DNA from: Betaproteobacteria bacterium Ga0077527
GTDB lineage: Bacteria; Pseudomonadota; Gammaproteobacteria; Burkholderiales; SG8-41
Assembly: GCA_001464815.1 (NCBI GenBank)
Contig: LNDW01000022.1
Location: 76,290-140,289, forward strand
Length of the DNA stretch: 64,000 nt
Reading direction: 5' to 3'
The first letter of the stretch is position 1. Every line of letters starts with the position of its first letter. Under the pieces are notes generated by a model. That model saw only the letters and a program-made list of their open reading frames with translations, made no database searches and was not told the origin of the DNA. A program made the position numbers and the translations under genes. Below, piece by piece: positions 1 to 10,561 of this stretch.

Positions 1-1130
<1,130 letters not shown>

Positions 1131-1143
1131 TCAGGAGACAGGC

Positions 1144-1998
1144 ATGTTGATGCGTATCGTTGTGGTGCTGGGTCTGGTGTTGTCGGCCCTGAATGCAGTG
1201 GCTGCGACGCTGAGCGTCGAGGCGGTGGTGAGCCCGGCCTGGGTCGAGCGCGGGACCGGCAGCCGCGAGCCGCTGACCCCCGGGCTTGCGCTGCGCAGCG
1301 GCGACCGGGTGATCACCGGCGGCGGCGCGCGCGCGCTGCTGCGCATGTCCGAGGGCAGCGCGGTGAAGCTGGGCGAAAACGCCACCTTCGGAGTTGACCG
1401 GCTTGACGAGAAAAACACCGGTGCCGGCCGTGCGGTCAGCGGTGCGCTCAGTGTGGCGCAGGGCGCCTTCCGGTTCACCACGCGCTTTTTCGGCAATCAG
1501 CGTTCGCGCCGTGACCTCGACATCCGGGTCGCCACGGTGACCGCCGGCATCCGCGGCACCGACCTCTGGGGCAAGGGCAGCGCCGAGCGTGACATCGTCT
1601 GCCTGATCGAGGGCAAGATCGAAGTCGAACACCGTGGCGAAAAATTCGCGATGAATGAGCCGCTGTCCTTCCTGATCGCGCCCCGTGAAGGTCCGCGCCT
1701 GCCGGTGGCGCCGGTGCCCGAAGCGCAACTCAAGGAATGGGCCGCCGAGACCGAAATCGCCCCGGCCAGCGGCGCCAGCCGCCGCGACGGCAAACATCGC
1801 ATCGCGGTGGCGAGCAATATCGATGCCGCCGCGGCAAAAGAGGCTGCCAGCCGTCTGCGCAGCGCCGGTTATCCGGCCGCGGTGCGCGCCTACCGCAGCG
1901 GTGAAGTGCTGCGTTACGACGTCAACATCTCGGGTCTCGCCAGTGCCGAAGACGCCGCAAAAATGGAAGGCGCGTTACGCACGGCAGGCCTGTTGTAG
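1144..1998 (+). CDS. Exported FecR-like domain protein with C-terminal SPOR-like domain
   Basis: Track ORF 1075..1998. I prefer the ATG at 1144, 5 nt after AGGAGA. It has a signal-like N-terminus (MLMRIVVVLGLVLSALNAVAA) and a central beta-rich FecR-type region (ALRSGDRVITGGGARALLRMSEGSAVKLGENATF). The last ~75 aa (HRIAVASNIDAAAAKEAASRLRSAGYPAAVRAY..YDVNISGLASAEDAAKM) resemble a SPOR repeat. Confidence 0.65.
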   Translation: MLMRIVVVLGLVLSALNAVAATLSVEAVVSPAWVERGTGSREPLTPGLALRSGDRVITGGGARALLRMSEGSAVKLGENATFGVDRLDEKNTGAGRAVSGALSVAQGAFRFTTRFFGNQRSRRDLDIRVATVTAGIRGTDLWGKGSAERDIVCLIEGKIEVEHRGEKFAMNEPLSFLIAPREGPRLPVAPVPEAQLKEWAAETEIAPASGASRRDGKHRIAVASNIDAAAAKEAASRLRSAGYPAAVRAYRSGEVLRYDVNISGLASAEDAAKMEGALRTAGLL

Positions 1999-2122
1999 CA
2001 GCGGGCAGTACCGGACGGGGGCAGGGGGTCACGTATAATCGGCCTTGTTTTTCGATTGCGTTTTCGAGCATGTTTTGTCGGGACGTTTGCCGAGCACGAT
2101 GACTTCCGCCTGAGTCCCGCAT

Positions 2123-4336
2123 TTGACCACTCCCGCCTTCCTCACCGGTCTCAACGACCACCAGCTTGAAGCTGTCACGCTGCCCCACCAGTCGGCGCTG
2201 ATACTTGCCGGCGCCGGCAGCGGCAAGACACGCGTGCTGACCACGCGTATGGCCTGGCTGATCCAGACCGGTCAGGTCAGCCCGATGGGTGTGCTCGCGG
2301 TGACCTTCACCAACAAGGCAGCGAAGGAGATGCTGACACGGCTCACCGCGATGCTGCCGATCAACACCCGCGGCATGTGGGTGGGCACCTTTCACGGCCT
2401 GTGCAACCGGATGCTGCGCGCGCATTACCGCGAGGCCGGGCTGCCGCAGCTGTTCCAGATTCTCGACACCCAGGACCAGTTGGCCCTGGTGAAGCGCCTG
2501 ATGAAGGCGATGAACATTGACGATGAACGTTACCCGCCGCGCCAGGCGCAGTGGTTCATCGCCGCGCAGAAGGAGGAAGGCAAACGCGCCGACAAGGTCG
2601 AGCCCTACGATGATTTCTCGCGGCGCATGGTCGATTTCTACGCCGAATACGACCGCCAGTGCCAGCGCGAGGGTGTGGTCGATTTCGCGGAACTGTTATT
2701 GAGATCCTACGAACTGCTGTCACGCAACGATGTGCTGCGTGAACATTATGCCGGCCGTTTCCGCCACATCCTGGTCGACGAATTCCAGGACACCAACCGC
2801 CTTCAGTACCGCTGGTTGCAGCAACTGGCCGGGCCGGATAGCGCGATTTTCGCGGTCGGCGACGACGACCAGTCGATCTACGGCTGGCGCGGCGCATCCA
2901 CCGCCAACATGCAGGACCTGCAGCGCGATTTTCACATCGACCGCGTGATCAAGCTCGAGCAGAACTACCGTTCGCACGGCAATATTCTCGAGGCCGCCAA
3001 CACACTGATCGCGCACAACCGCAAGCGCCTGGGCAAGGAGCTGTGGACCGAGGACAGCAAGGGTGAACCGCTGCGCGTGTTTGAGGCGGCTTCCGATTAC
3101 GAGGAGGCCGGCTATGTGGTGGAAGAGGTGCGCGCGCTGCGCGCCGCCGGCGAGCGGCTGGCCGACATCGCCGTGCTCTACCGCTCGAATGCGCAGTCGC
3201 GGGTGGTCGAGCACGCGCTGTTCACTGCTGGCATGCCGTACCGCGTTTATGGCGGACTGCGCTTTTTCGAGCGCCAGGAAATCAAGCACGCACTGGCCTA
3301 TCTGCGGCTGGTTGCCAACCAGGAGGATGACGGCGCGCTGTTGCGGGTGATCAATTTCCCGACGCGCGGCATCGGTGCACGCAGCCTCGAGCAATTGCAG
3401 GGCATGGCAAGTGAAGGCGGCATCAGCCTGTGGGCGGCGGCCTGTGCCAATACACTTTCAGGCAAGGCCGCGGCGAGCATCGCGGGCTTCGTCAAATTGA
3501 TCGAAGCGATGCGCATCGCCACCACCGGGCTGCCGCTGCCCGAGGCGATCAGCCATGTCGTCGAGCACAGCGGGCTGGCCGCGCACTACCGCAACGAGAA
3601 GGAAGGCGCGGACCGGCTGGAAAACCTGGACGAACTGGTCAATGCCGCGGCGCTGTACGTCGAGGAGCGTGCGACGCAGATTCCGGCTGAAGGCGCGCCA
3701 GCGGAAGAGGAAATGGACGAGCTGACCGCTTTTCTGTCCCATGCCGCGCTGGAAGCCGGCGAGCACCAGGCCGAGGCCGGTGCCGATGCACTGCAGCTGA
3801 TGACCGTGCATTCCGCAAAGGGTCTGGAATTCCATGCGGTGTTCATCACCGGCCTCGAGGAGGGCCTGTTCCCGCACGAGAACAGCATGACCGAGGCCGA
3901 TGGTGTCGAGGAGGAGCGGCGGCTGATGTATGTCGCGCTGACCCGCGCGCGGCGCCGGCTTTATCTGCTGCTGGCTCAAAGCCGCATGTTGCACGGGCAG
4001 ACGCGCTACAACGTGCCGTCGCGGTTTTTCCGCGAGCTGCCGGAAAACCTGCTGCAGCGGGTCAATCACATCCGCCAGGCCCCGGCCTTCGCGCGGCAGT
4101 CCGCAGCGGCCTATGGTGCTGCCGCGGCTTCCTGGCGCGAAGCCTCCACGGCGCCCGCGTTGCAGTCGCGTGAATTGCCCTGGCGTATCGGCCAGGCGGT
4201 GACCCATGCCAAGTTCGGCGCCGGGGTCATCGTCAATGCCGAGGGCGGCGGGGCCGATGCGCGGGTGCAGGTGAATTTCAGGAACAGCGGACTGAAATGG
4301 CTGGCGCTGGCCTACGCCAAACTCGAAGCGGTCTGA
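2123..4336 (+). CDS. uvrD: DNA helicase II (UvrD/Rep SF1 family)
   Basis: 737 aa with a TTG start. Helicase motifs seen: LILAGAGSGKTRVLT (Walker A), VTFTNKAAKEM, ILVDEFQDTN, FAVGDDDQSIYGWRGA, KLEQNYRS, VLYRSNAQSR, TVHSAKGLEF, YVALTRAR. Confidence 0.93.
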   Translation: MTTPAFLTGLNDHQLEAVTLPHQSALILAGAGSGKTRVLTTRMAWLIQTGQVSPMGVLAVTFTNKAAKEMLTRLTAMLPINTRGMWVGTFHGLCNRMLRAHYREAGLPQLFQILDTQDQLALVKRLMKAMNIDDERYPPRQAQWFIAAQKEEGKRADKVEPYDDFSRRMVDFYAEYDRQCQREGVVDFAELLLRSYELLSRNDVLREHYAGRFRHILVDEFQDTNRLQYRWLQQLAGPDSAIFAVGDDDQSIYGWRGASTANMQDLQRDFHIDRVIKLEQNYRSHGNILEAANTLIAHNRKRLGKELWTEDSKGEPLRVFEAASDYEEAGYVVEEVRALRAAGERLADIAVLYRSNAQSRVVEHALFTAGMPYRVYGGLRFFERQEIKHALAYLRLVANQEDDGALLRVINFPTRGIGARSLEQLQGMASEGGISLWAAACANTLSGKAAASIAGFVKLIEAMRIATTGLPLPEAISHVVEHSGLAAHYRNEKEGADRLENLDELVNAAALYVEERATQIPAEGAPAEEEMDELTAFLSHAALEAGEHQAEAGADALQLMTVHSAKGLEFHAVFITGLEEGLFPHENSMTEADGVEEERRLMYVALTRARRRLYLLLAQSRMLHGQTRYNVPSRFFRELPENLLQRVNHIRQAPAFARQSAAAYGAAAASWREASTAPALQSRELPWRIGQAVTHAKFGAGVIVNAEGGGADARVQVNFRNSGLKWLALAYAKLEAV

Positions 4337-4351
4337 GCGTAACGACCCGAC

Positions 4352-5125
4352 TCAATCCTGAATGGATTCGGCGTCGGCGGGTTCTTCAGGCGTGACGAAG
4401 ATGTCGCGGTAGGATGCGTAGATGCTTGGCACCACGACGGGTGCCAGCAGCCACAGTCCGAGGTCGAGCATGCGCGCCGCCATGGCCATGGGCATGGCCA
4501 CCACCATTACCGCGAACAGCACAAGGCCATAGACAAAAAATGCACCGGGGTTGCGGTAGCAGGCTACCAGGCTCGCGCGCATCGCCACCAGCGGCGGCAG
4601 TCCGTCGAAATACACCAGCAGCGGCGCGAACCACAGCGCCATCATCACCACGACCGACAGCACCCATCCCGCCAGCATGGCCGTAAGCACCTCCGGCGCG
4701 GAAGCGCGTATCTGCTCGATCTGCTCCGGGGTCAGTTGCTGCTGTGTTGAAAGCCGGATGATTTCCTGCAGCGCATCACCGCCCAGCGCCATCATCGTCG
4801 CCAGCACCAGCAGATTACAGGTGATCGACAGGGCGCCGAGCAGAAGCAGCGCACGGGTGTTGCGGGTGAATCCGGCGAGCAGGTAACCAAAGGCCGGGGG
4901 TTTGCCGAATTCAATGGCCCTGCACAGTTCCATCATGCCGGCGAGCACCACCGGCATCGCCACCAGGAACAGGGGGCCGATAAAGGGAATCAGCAGCAGG
5001 ATTTTCAAAGCCAGAAACGAGGCCCCCAGGATCACCAGCCACAAGCCGGCGTGACGGCGGAACAGGGCGGCGCCGGAAACCAGCCATTGCCAGCCTCTTG
5101 CCGCAGTATGGGAGCGAATTTCCAT
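4352..5125 (-). CDS. Polytopic inner-membrane protein, function unknown
   Basis: 257-aa ORF with about 5-6 long hydrophobic segments (LWLVILGASFLALKILLLIPFIGPLFLVAMPVVLAGMM etc.). It is convergent with uvrD across a 15-bp gap. I cannot name the family with certainty. Confidence 0.6.
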   Translation of the reverse strand: MEIRSHTAARGWQWLVSGAALFRRHAGLWLVILGASFLALKILLLIPFIGPLFLVAMPVVLAGMMELCRAIEFGKPPAFGYLLAGFTRNTRALLLLGALSITCNLLVLATMMALGGDALQEIIRLSTQQQLTPEQIEQIRASAPEVLTAMLAGWVLSVVVMMALWFAPLLVYFDGLPPLVAMRASLVACYRNPGAFFVYGLVLFAVMVVAMPMAMAARMLDLGLWLLAPVVVPSIYASYRDIFVTPEEPADAESIQD

Positions 5126-5154
5126 GGCTCTGAGGGTAGCAGCTAAGTTGGCGA

Positions 5155-6117
5155 TTAAGTTGGCAACTGAGCGGGCAACTGCGGCGGCACCCGCTGGTCG
5201 CGGATACGCAGTGCGAGGATGCGCCGGAAGTGGCCGGGGTCCTTGGCGTGGGTCAGTTCACCGGCCCGCGGCAGATGGAAATCGTACAGGCGTGATATCC
5301 AGAATCGTAACGCGCCCGCGCGCAGCATCGCCGGCCAGGCCACCTGTTCCTCCGGCGTGAAGCGGCGCACCGCGGCATAAGCGTCGAGAAAGGCGCGGAT
5401 GCGCGGCGGATCAAAGCTGCCGTCGCTGCCGGTGCACCAGTCGTTGACGGCAATCGCCACGTCGTAGAGCAGCGCATCGGTGCAGGCAAAGTAGAAGTCG
5501 ATGACGCCGGCGACCCGGTCACCGCTGAACAGCACGTTGTCGCGGAACAGGTCGGCGTGGATCGCGCCGCGTGGCAGCCGTTCGCGGGTGGTGCCGGCCT
5601 GAAAGGCGATTTCGTCGCGCAGCAGTGTGGCGTCTTCAGCGTTGATGAAGGGCAGGACTTCGGACTGCGCCGCGGTCCACCACGCGGCACCGCGCGGATT
5701 ATCCATTTGTGCCGGATACGATAGGCCCGCGAGATGCAGTTGCGCCAACGCCGCGCCGATCGCGGCGCATTGCGCGGCCGACGGTGCCTCGACATCGCGT
5801 CCGTCAAGGCGCACCACCAGCGCAGCCGGTTTGCCATTGAGGGTGCCGAGAAGACCGCCCTTGCGGTCGACCACCGGGTTGGCACTGGGCACGCCCAGAC
5901 GCGCGAGATGCGCCATCAGTCCGAGGTAGAACGGCAGTTCAGCAGCGGAGAGTTTTTCGAACAGGGTCAGCACCCAGCGGCCGGCGCTGGTGGTGACGAA
6001 ATAATTGGTGTTCTCGATGCCGGCGTTGATGCCCTGCAGGTCCTGCAGGTCGCCGACGTCATAGCCGCGCAGCCAGATGCTCAGCTCATCGCGGGTGACG
6101 GTGGTGAATACGGACAT
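5155..6117 (-). CDS. thrB: Homoserine kinase, ThrB type II (aminoglycoside-phosphotransferase fold)
   Basis: 320 aa. Motifs: MSVFTTVTRDEL.., GINAGIENTNYFV, LPRGAIHADLFRDNVLF, AGVIDFYFACTD. These are typical of Pseudomonas/beta-proteobacterial ThrB, and the thrB-DUF2782-polA neighbourhood fits. Confidence 0.9.
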   Translation of the reverse strand: MSVFTTVTRDELSIWLRGYDVGDLQDLQGINAGIENTNYFVTTSAGRWVLTLFEKLSAAELPFYLGLMAHLARLGVPSANPVVDRKGGLLGTLNGKPAALVVRLDGRDVEAPSAAQCAAIGAALAQLHLAGLSYPAQMDNPRGAAWWTAAQSEVLPFINAEDATLLRDEIAFQAGTTRERLPRGAIHADLFRDNVLFSGDRVAGVIDFYFACTDALLYDVAIAVNDWCTGSDGSFDPPRIRAFLDAYAAVRRFTPEEQVAWPAMLRAGALRFWISRLYDFHLPRAGELTHAKDPGHFRRILALRIRDQRVPPQLPAQLPT

Positions 6118-6156
6118 GTGTCGGCGGTCGCCTGCCTTGAAGCGGGGCGCCGTGTT

Positions 6157-6501
6157 TCAGAACTGGTGGATGACCCACATCGGCGGCCGGATGCCGCTGT
6201 CGTGTGATTCCTGGCGGGTGAATTTGCCGTCGCCACGCTGATCGATCATGTAGTACGGACGGCCGTTCGGTGGCGTGACCCGGATCATGTAGAGCTTGCC
6301 GCCGACACGGTATTCCTCGACCTGGTCGTCGCCGCGCTTGCGGATGGTGACCTGCGGCTCGAGGGCAGGATCGACTTCGAATCCGGGCGGTGGCGGAGGC
6401 GGTTCCGGAATCGGCTGCGCGCGTGAGCGGTCCTGGGCCAGTGCGGGCAGGGTGAGCGCCAGCAGGGCAGCGAGGGCGATGAGGCGGAGGGATGGGCGCA
6501 T
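6157..6501 (-). CDS. DUF2782-like small periplasmic protein
   Basis: 114 aa with a signal peptide (MRPSLRLIALAALLALTLPALA). It has a proline-rich segment, then VTIRKRGDDQVEEYRVGGKLYMIRVTPPNGRPYYMID. The position between thrB and polA is the usual one for this family. Confidence 0.75.
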   Translation of the reverse strand: MRPSLRLIALAALLALTLPALAQDRSRAQPIPEPPPPPPGFEVDPALEPQVTIRKRGDDQVEEYRVGGKLYMIRVTPPNGRPYYMIDQRGDGKFTRQESHDSGIRPPMWVIHQF

Positions 6502-6705
6502 GGTTTTGGCAGTGGCGGGCGGGTGGCGATCTGAACCGTGATTATCCGGCTTTCGCCCGGCTTTTGAAAGGCGAGAAGGACATGAAAAGAGCAGAAAAAA
6601 TGTGAAAGAGAGGACACCGAAGGCGCGGCCGGAATGACTCTGCGATAATCAATGCTCTTCGTCCGCGCAATCCGCGCTCGACAAATCGGCTTCCTGAAGA
6701 CACGC

Positions 6706-9420
6706 ATGAAAACCCTGCTCCTGGTCGATGGTTCCTCCTATCTCTACCGTGCCTTCCATGCCATCCGCGACCTGAGCAACAGCAGGGGCGAGCCTACCAA
6801 TGCCATCTACGGCGTGCTCATGATGCTGCGCCGGCTGCACAAGGACGTGCCCGCCGAGTACAGCGCCTGTGTGTTTGATGCCAAGGGCAGGACTTTCCGA
6901 GATGATCTGTATTCCGAGTACAAGGCCAACCGCCCGCCGATGCCGCCGGAACTGGCTTCGCAGATCGCGCCGCTGAAGGAGGCCATCATCGCCATGGGCT
7001 GGCCGCTGCTTGAGATCGAAGGGGTCGAGGCCGATGACGTGATCGGCACGCTGGCGCGCGAGGCCGAGCGCGCCGGCCTGCGTGTGGTGATCTCCACCGG
7101 CGACAAGGACATCACCCAACTGGTGACGCCGCAGATCACCCTGGTCAACACCATGTCCAACGAAACACTGGATGTCGCCGGCGTCGAGCAGAAGTTCGGC
7201 GTGTCGCCGGAGCGCATCATCGATTATCTGACGCTGATCGGTGATGCGGTGGATAACGTGCCGGGTGTGCCCAAGGTCGGCCCGAAGACCGCGGTGAAAT
7301 GGCTGAAGGAGCACGGCACGCTCGATACCATCGTCGCCAGGGCGGATGCCATCGGCGGTGCGGTCGGCGAGAATCTGCGCAAGACACTGGACTGGCTGCC
7401 CAAAGCGCGCGAGTTGCTGACCATCAAATGTGATGTGCCGCTGCCGGTGCGGGTCGAAGGCCTCGGACCGCAGCCGCAGGACAAGGCGAAGCTGGCGGTG
7501 CTGTTCGAACGTTTTGAATTCAAGACCTGGCGGCGTGAACTCGATGATGTGGCCGCTGCTGATGCGGGCGCGGCGCCCGATGCCGCCGTCGCGCCGCTTC
7601 AGCGGGTGGAGCATCCGCGGAATTACGACACTGTGCTCAGCGAAGAACTGCTGGAACAGTGGCTGCAGCGCATCGATGCCGCGGAACTGACCGCGGTCGA
7701 TACCGAAACCACCAGCCTGGATCCGCTGCGCGCCGAGCTGGTTGGCATTTCGCTCGCCACCGAAGCGGGCCGCGCCGCCTATATTCCCGTGGGCCATGCC
7801 TATGCCGGCGCGCCGGAGCAACTGTCACGTGCGACCGTGCTGGCCAAACTCAAGCCCTGGCTGGAGAGCGCGCAACACGCCAAGCTCGGTCAGCACATCA
7901 AGTACGACAGTCATGTCTTCGCCAACTGCGGCATCACCCTGCAGGGCATTGCACACGACACGCTGCTCGAATCCTATGTCCTCGAAAGCCATCAGCGGCA
8001 TGACATGGATTCCCAAGCGCAAAGAATTTTATCAATAAAAACAATTACTTATGATGAAATGACGGGCACCGGAGCGAAACGCATCGGTTTCGAGCAGGTC
8101 GCCGTCGAACGCGCCGCCGAATACGCCGCGGAGGACGCCGACATCACGCTGCAACTGCATCAGGCGCAATACCCGCGCCTCGCTGCCGATGAAAAGCTGC
8201 GCCACATCTACGCCGACATCGAGATGCCGGCGATGCGCGTGCTCTACACGATGGAACGCAACGGCGTGCTGATCGACGAAAAACTGCTGACCGAACTGTC
8301 GGCGGAGTTCGGCACCAAAGTGCTGGAGATCGAGAAACGCGCGCATGAGCAGGCCGGCCAGCCCTTCAACCTGAGTTCGCCGAAACAGATCCAGGAAGTG
8401 CTGTTTGAAAGGCAGGGCCTGAAGCCGGTGAAAAAAACACCGGGCGGCGCGCCATCCACTGACGAAGAATCACTCGAAGAGCTGGCGCTCGACCATCCGC
8501 TGCCGAAACTGATTCTCGAATATCGCGGCCTCGCCAAACTGAAATCGACCTATACCGACAAGCTGCCGGGCATGATCAACCGCAGCACCGGCCGCGTACA
8601 CACCAGCTATGGCCAGGCCACCGCGGTGACCGGACGGCTGGCGAGCAGCGATCCCAATCTGCAGAACATCCCGATCCGAACGGCCGAGGGCCGGCGCATT
8701 CGCGAAGCCTTCATCGCGCCGCCGGGCTCGCAGATCGTGTCGGCTGACTATTCGCAGATCGAGTTGCGCATCATGGCGCACATCTCGAAAGACGAGAGCC
8801 TGCTCAAGGCCTTCGCCGCCGGCGAGGACATTCACCGTGCGACGGCCGCGGAAATTTTCGGTGTCGGGCTGGCCGCAGTGGACAACGAGCAGCGGCGCTA
8901 CGCCAAGGTCATCAACTTCGGCCTGATCTACGGCATGTCGGCCTTCGGCCTCGCGCGCGAGTTGAATCTCGAACGTGCCGCAGCCCAGCAGTACATGGAC
9001 CGCTATTTCCAGCGTTATCCCGGTGTTGCCGAATACATGCGCGTCACCCGCGAGCAGGCGCACCGGCAGGGTTATGTCGAAACCGTATTCGGACGCCGGC
9101 TGTGGCTGCCGGAAATTCGCAGCAGCAACGGCAATCGCCGCCAGGGTGCGGAACGCGCGGCGATCAATGCGCCGATGCAGGGCACCGCCGCCGACCTGAT
9201 CAAGATGGCGATGATCGCGGTGCAGCGCTGGCTGGAAGACGAAAAGCTCGGCACCCGGTTGATCATGCAGGTGCACGACGAGCTGGTGCTTGAGGTGCCG
9301 GACGCCGAACTCGAGCAGGTCCGCGCAGGACTGAGCCGCTTGATGACCGGCGTTGCGCAGCTCGCGGTGCCGTTGCTTGTGGAAGTCGGTGCAGGACCAA
9401 ACTGGGACCGCGCGCACTGA
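6706..9420 (+). CDS. polA: DNA polymerase I
   Basis: Track ORF 6652..9420. I prefer the ATG at 6706 (MKTLLLVDGSSYLYRAFHA, 5'-nuclease domain). Also present: the 3'-5' exo motif AVDTETTSLD and polymerase motifs DYSQIELRIMAH, RRYAKVINFGLIYGMS, QVHDELVLEV. Confidence 0.95.
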   Translation: MKTLLLVDGSSYLYRAFHAIRDLSNSRGEPTNAIYGVLMMLRRLHKDVPAEYSACVFDAKGRTFRDDLYSEYKANRPPMPPELASQIAPLKEAIIAMGWPLLEIEGVEADDVIGTLAREAERAGLRVVISTGDKDITQLVTPQITLVNTMSNETLDVAGVEQKFGVSPERIIDYLTLIGDAVDNVPGVPKVGPKTAVKWLKEHGTLDTIVARADAIGGAVGENLRKTLDWLPKARELLTIKCDVPLPVRVEGLGPQPQDKAKLAVLFERFEFKTWRRELDDVAAADAGAAPDAAVAPLQRVEHPRNYDTVLSEELLEQWLQRIDAAELTAVDTETTSLDPLRAELVGISLATEAGRAAYIPVGHAYAGAPEQLSRATVLAKLKPWLESAQHAKLGQHIKYDSHVFANCGITLQGIAHDTLLESYVLESHQRHDMDSQAQRILSIKTITYDEMTGTGAKRIGFEQVAVERAAEYAAEDADITLQLHQAQYPRLAADEKLRHIYADIEMPAMRVLYTMERNGVLIDEKLLTELSAEFGTKVLEIEKRAHEQAGQPFNLSSPKQIQEVLFERQGLKPVKKTPGGAPSTDEESLEELALDHPLPKLILEYRGLAKLKSTYTDKLPGMINRSTGRVHTSYGQATAVTGRLASSDPNLQNIPIRTAEGRRIREAFIAPPGSQIVSADYSQIELRIMAHISKDESLLKAFAAGEDIHRATAAEIFGVGLAAVDNEQRRYAKVINFGLIYGMSAFGLARELNLERAAAQQYMDRYFQRYPGVAEYMRVTREQAHRQGYVETVFGRRLWLPEIRSSNGNRRQGAERAAINAPMQGTAADLIKMAMIAVQRWLEDEKLGTRLIMQVHDELVLEVPDAELEQVRAGLSRLMTGVAQLAVPLLVEVGAGPNWDRAH
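8031..8052 (+). repeat. AT-rich 22-mer ATCAATAAAAACAATTACTTAT (copy inside the polA CDS)
   Basis: It matches the reverse complement of 55443..55464 at 21/22 positions, and 43294..43313 at 19/20. It lies within a run of codons that look unusual for this genome (AGA, TTA, ATA, AAA, ACA, ATT, ACT, TAT). Confidence 0.5.
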
Positions 9421-9538
9421 CACACTGTTGTGCACGTCGGCGCAAGCCGCTGCAGATCGCGCGGTACGGAACTTGCAAGGTGGAGGTCATGCCGGCCGGG
9501 GCTGCGCATTTCTCCACTTTTCGCCGAGGTGAGTTCCG

Positions 9539-10534
9539 ATGAGTACACTGTCGTTCCGTCTTCGCCTGTCCACACTGGTGCGCGCCGCACTGATTACGTG
9601 CGCGCTGCCGCTGGCAGCGCCTGCGCTTGCCGCCTACCCGGAGCGCCCGATCCGGCTGATCGTGCCGCTGGGTGCCGGCAGTTCCGCTGACATCATTGCG
9701 CGCATCATCGGCGCCGAACTGACCAAGGTACTCGGCCAGCAGATTGTCGTTGACCTGCGGCCGGGTGCGGGCGGCACCATCGGCACCACCCAGGGTGCGA
9801 AGGCGACGGCCGACGGGCATACGCTGCTGCTCGGCACCAACGGTACGTTGGCGATCAATCTCGGTCTCTACAAGGAACTCAGTTACAACCCGGTCAAGGA
9901 TTTCATGCCGATTGCCAATCTCGGCGCGGTGGTCAACATCCTTTGCGTACATCCATCCAATCCGGCAAAAGGGGTGATGGATCTGGTGGCACAGGCCAGG
10001 GCCAAACCCGGTGCAGTCAATTACGCTTCCGGTGGCGCCGGCACCACGCACCATCTTTCGGGTGAACTGCTGAAGTCGATGACCGGCATCGACATTGTCC
10101 ATGTCGCCTATCGCAGCGCGGCCGATGCCGCGACTTCAGTGATTGCCAACCAGACGCAGATGACTTTTCTCAACGTGCCGGTGGTGCGTGGCCACATCGA
10201 GCAGGGGCGGATGAAAGGTCTCGGCGTGACCAGCCTCAAGCGCTCCGAATTCGTGCCGGACATTCCGACGTTGGACGAGCAGGGTTTGAAGGGTTATCTC
10301 GTCGATGCCTGGTTCGGCCTGTTTGCGCCGGCCGGCACGCCGCAGGCTGTGATAACCCGGCTCAACACCGAGTTGCTGCGCATCACTGCCGATCCTGCAG
10401 TGCGTGGTTCACTGCAGAAGGCAGGCTTCCAGCAGGTTGAAGCGCTGACGCCTGCGGCCTTCGGCAAGCTGCTCGCTGCGGAAATCGCGCGCTGGGTGCC
10501 CATCGTCAAGGCCTCCGGTGCGCAGGCCAACTGA
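9539..10534 (+). CDS. Bug/TctC-family tripartite tricarboxylate transporter substrate-binding protein
   Basis: 331 aa with a signal peptide ending PALAAYPERPIRLIVP. Family hallmarks: GAGSSADIIARIIG, RPGAGGTIGT, GHTLLLGTNGTLAINLGLY. Confidence 0.88.
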   Translation: MSTLSFRLRLSTLVRAALITCALPLAAPALAAYPERPIRLIVPLGAGSSADIIARIIGAELTKVLGQQIVVDLRPGAGGTIGTTQGAKATADGHTLLLGTNGTLAINLGLYKELSYNPVKDFMPIANLGAVVNILCVHPSNPAKGVMDLVAQARAKPGAVNYASGGAGTTHHLSGELLKSMTGIDIVHVAYRSAADAATSVIANQTQMTFLNVPVVRGHIEQGRMKGLGVTSLKRSEFVPDIPTLDEQGLKGYLVDAWFGLFAPAGTPQAVITRLNTELLRITADPAVRGSLQKAGFQQVEALTPAAFGKLLAAEIARWVPIVKASGAQAN

Positions 10535-10561
10535 AAGGTGAACCAGGCTGCGGCAGGCTGG

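Noticed and set aside
2000-2122. LexA (SOS) box upstream of uvrD
   Set aside because: I looked for CTGT-N8-ACAG in the 120-bp leader and found none. Only a TATAAT hexamer at 2034-2039 is present, without a convincing -35.
6652-6705. Upstream extension of polA (track start at 6652), and similar long N-terminal extensions in track ORFs for tlpA-like, dacA-like, hsp20, argB, secB, bioF, bioH, bioD and several msh genes
   Set aside because: The extensions translate to non-conserved, Arg-rich sequence and often overlap the preceding gene. Internal ATG/GTG codons preceded by Shine-Dalgarno-like sequence give N-termini that match the family, such as signal peptides, prepilin leaders or conserved first motifs.
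9421-9538. tRNA or small RNA genes in intergenic spacers (also 6502-6705, 16949-17073, 25412-25547, 48008-48166, 60073-60140)
   Set aside because: I saw no cloverleaf-compatible sequence (no GTTCGAATC-type T-arm, no acceptor-stem complementarity). Without a covariance-model scan I cannot exclude sRNAs, so I call none.
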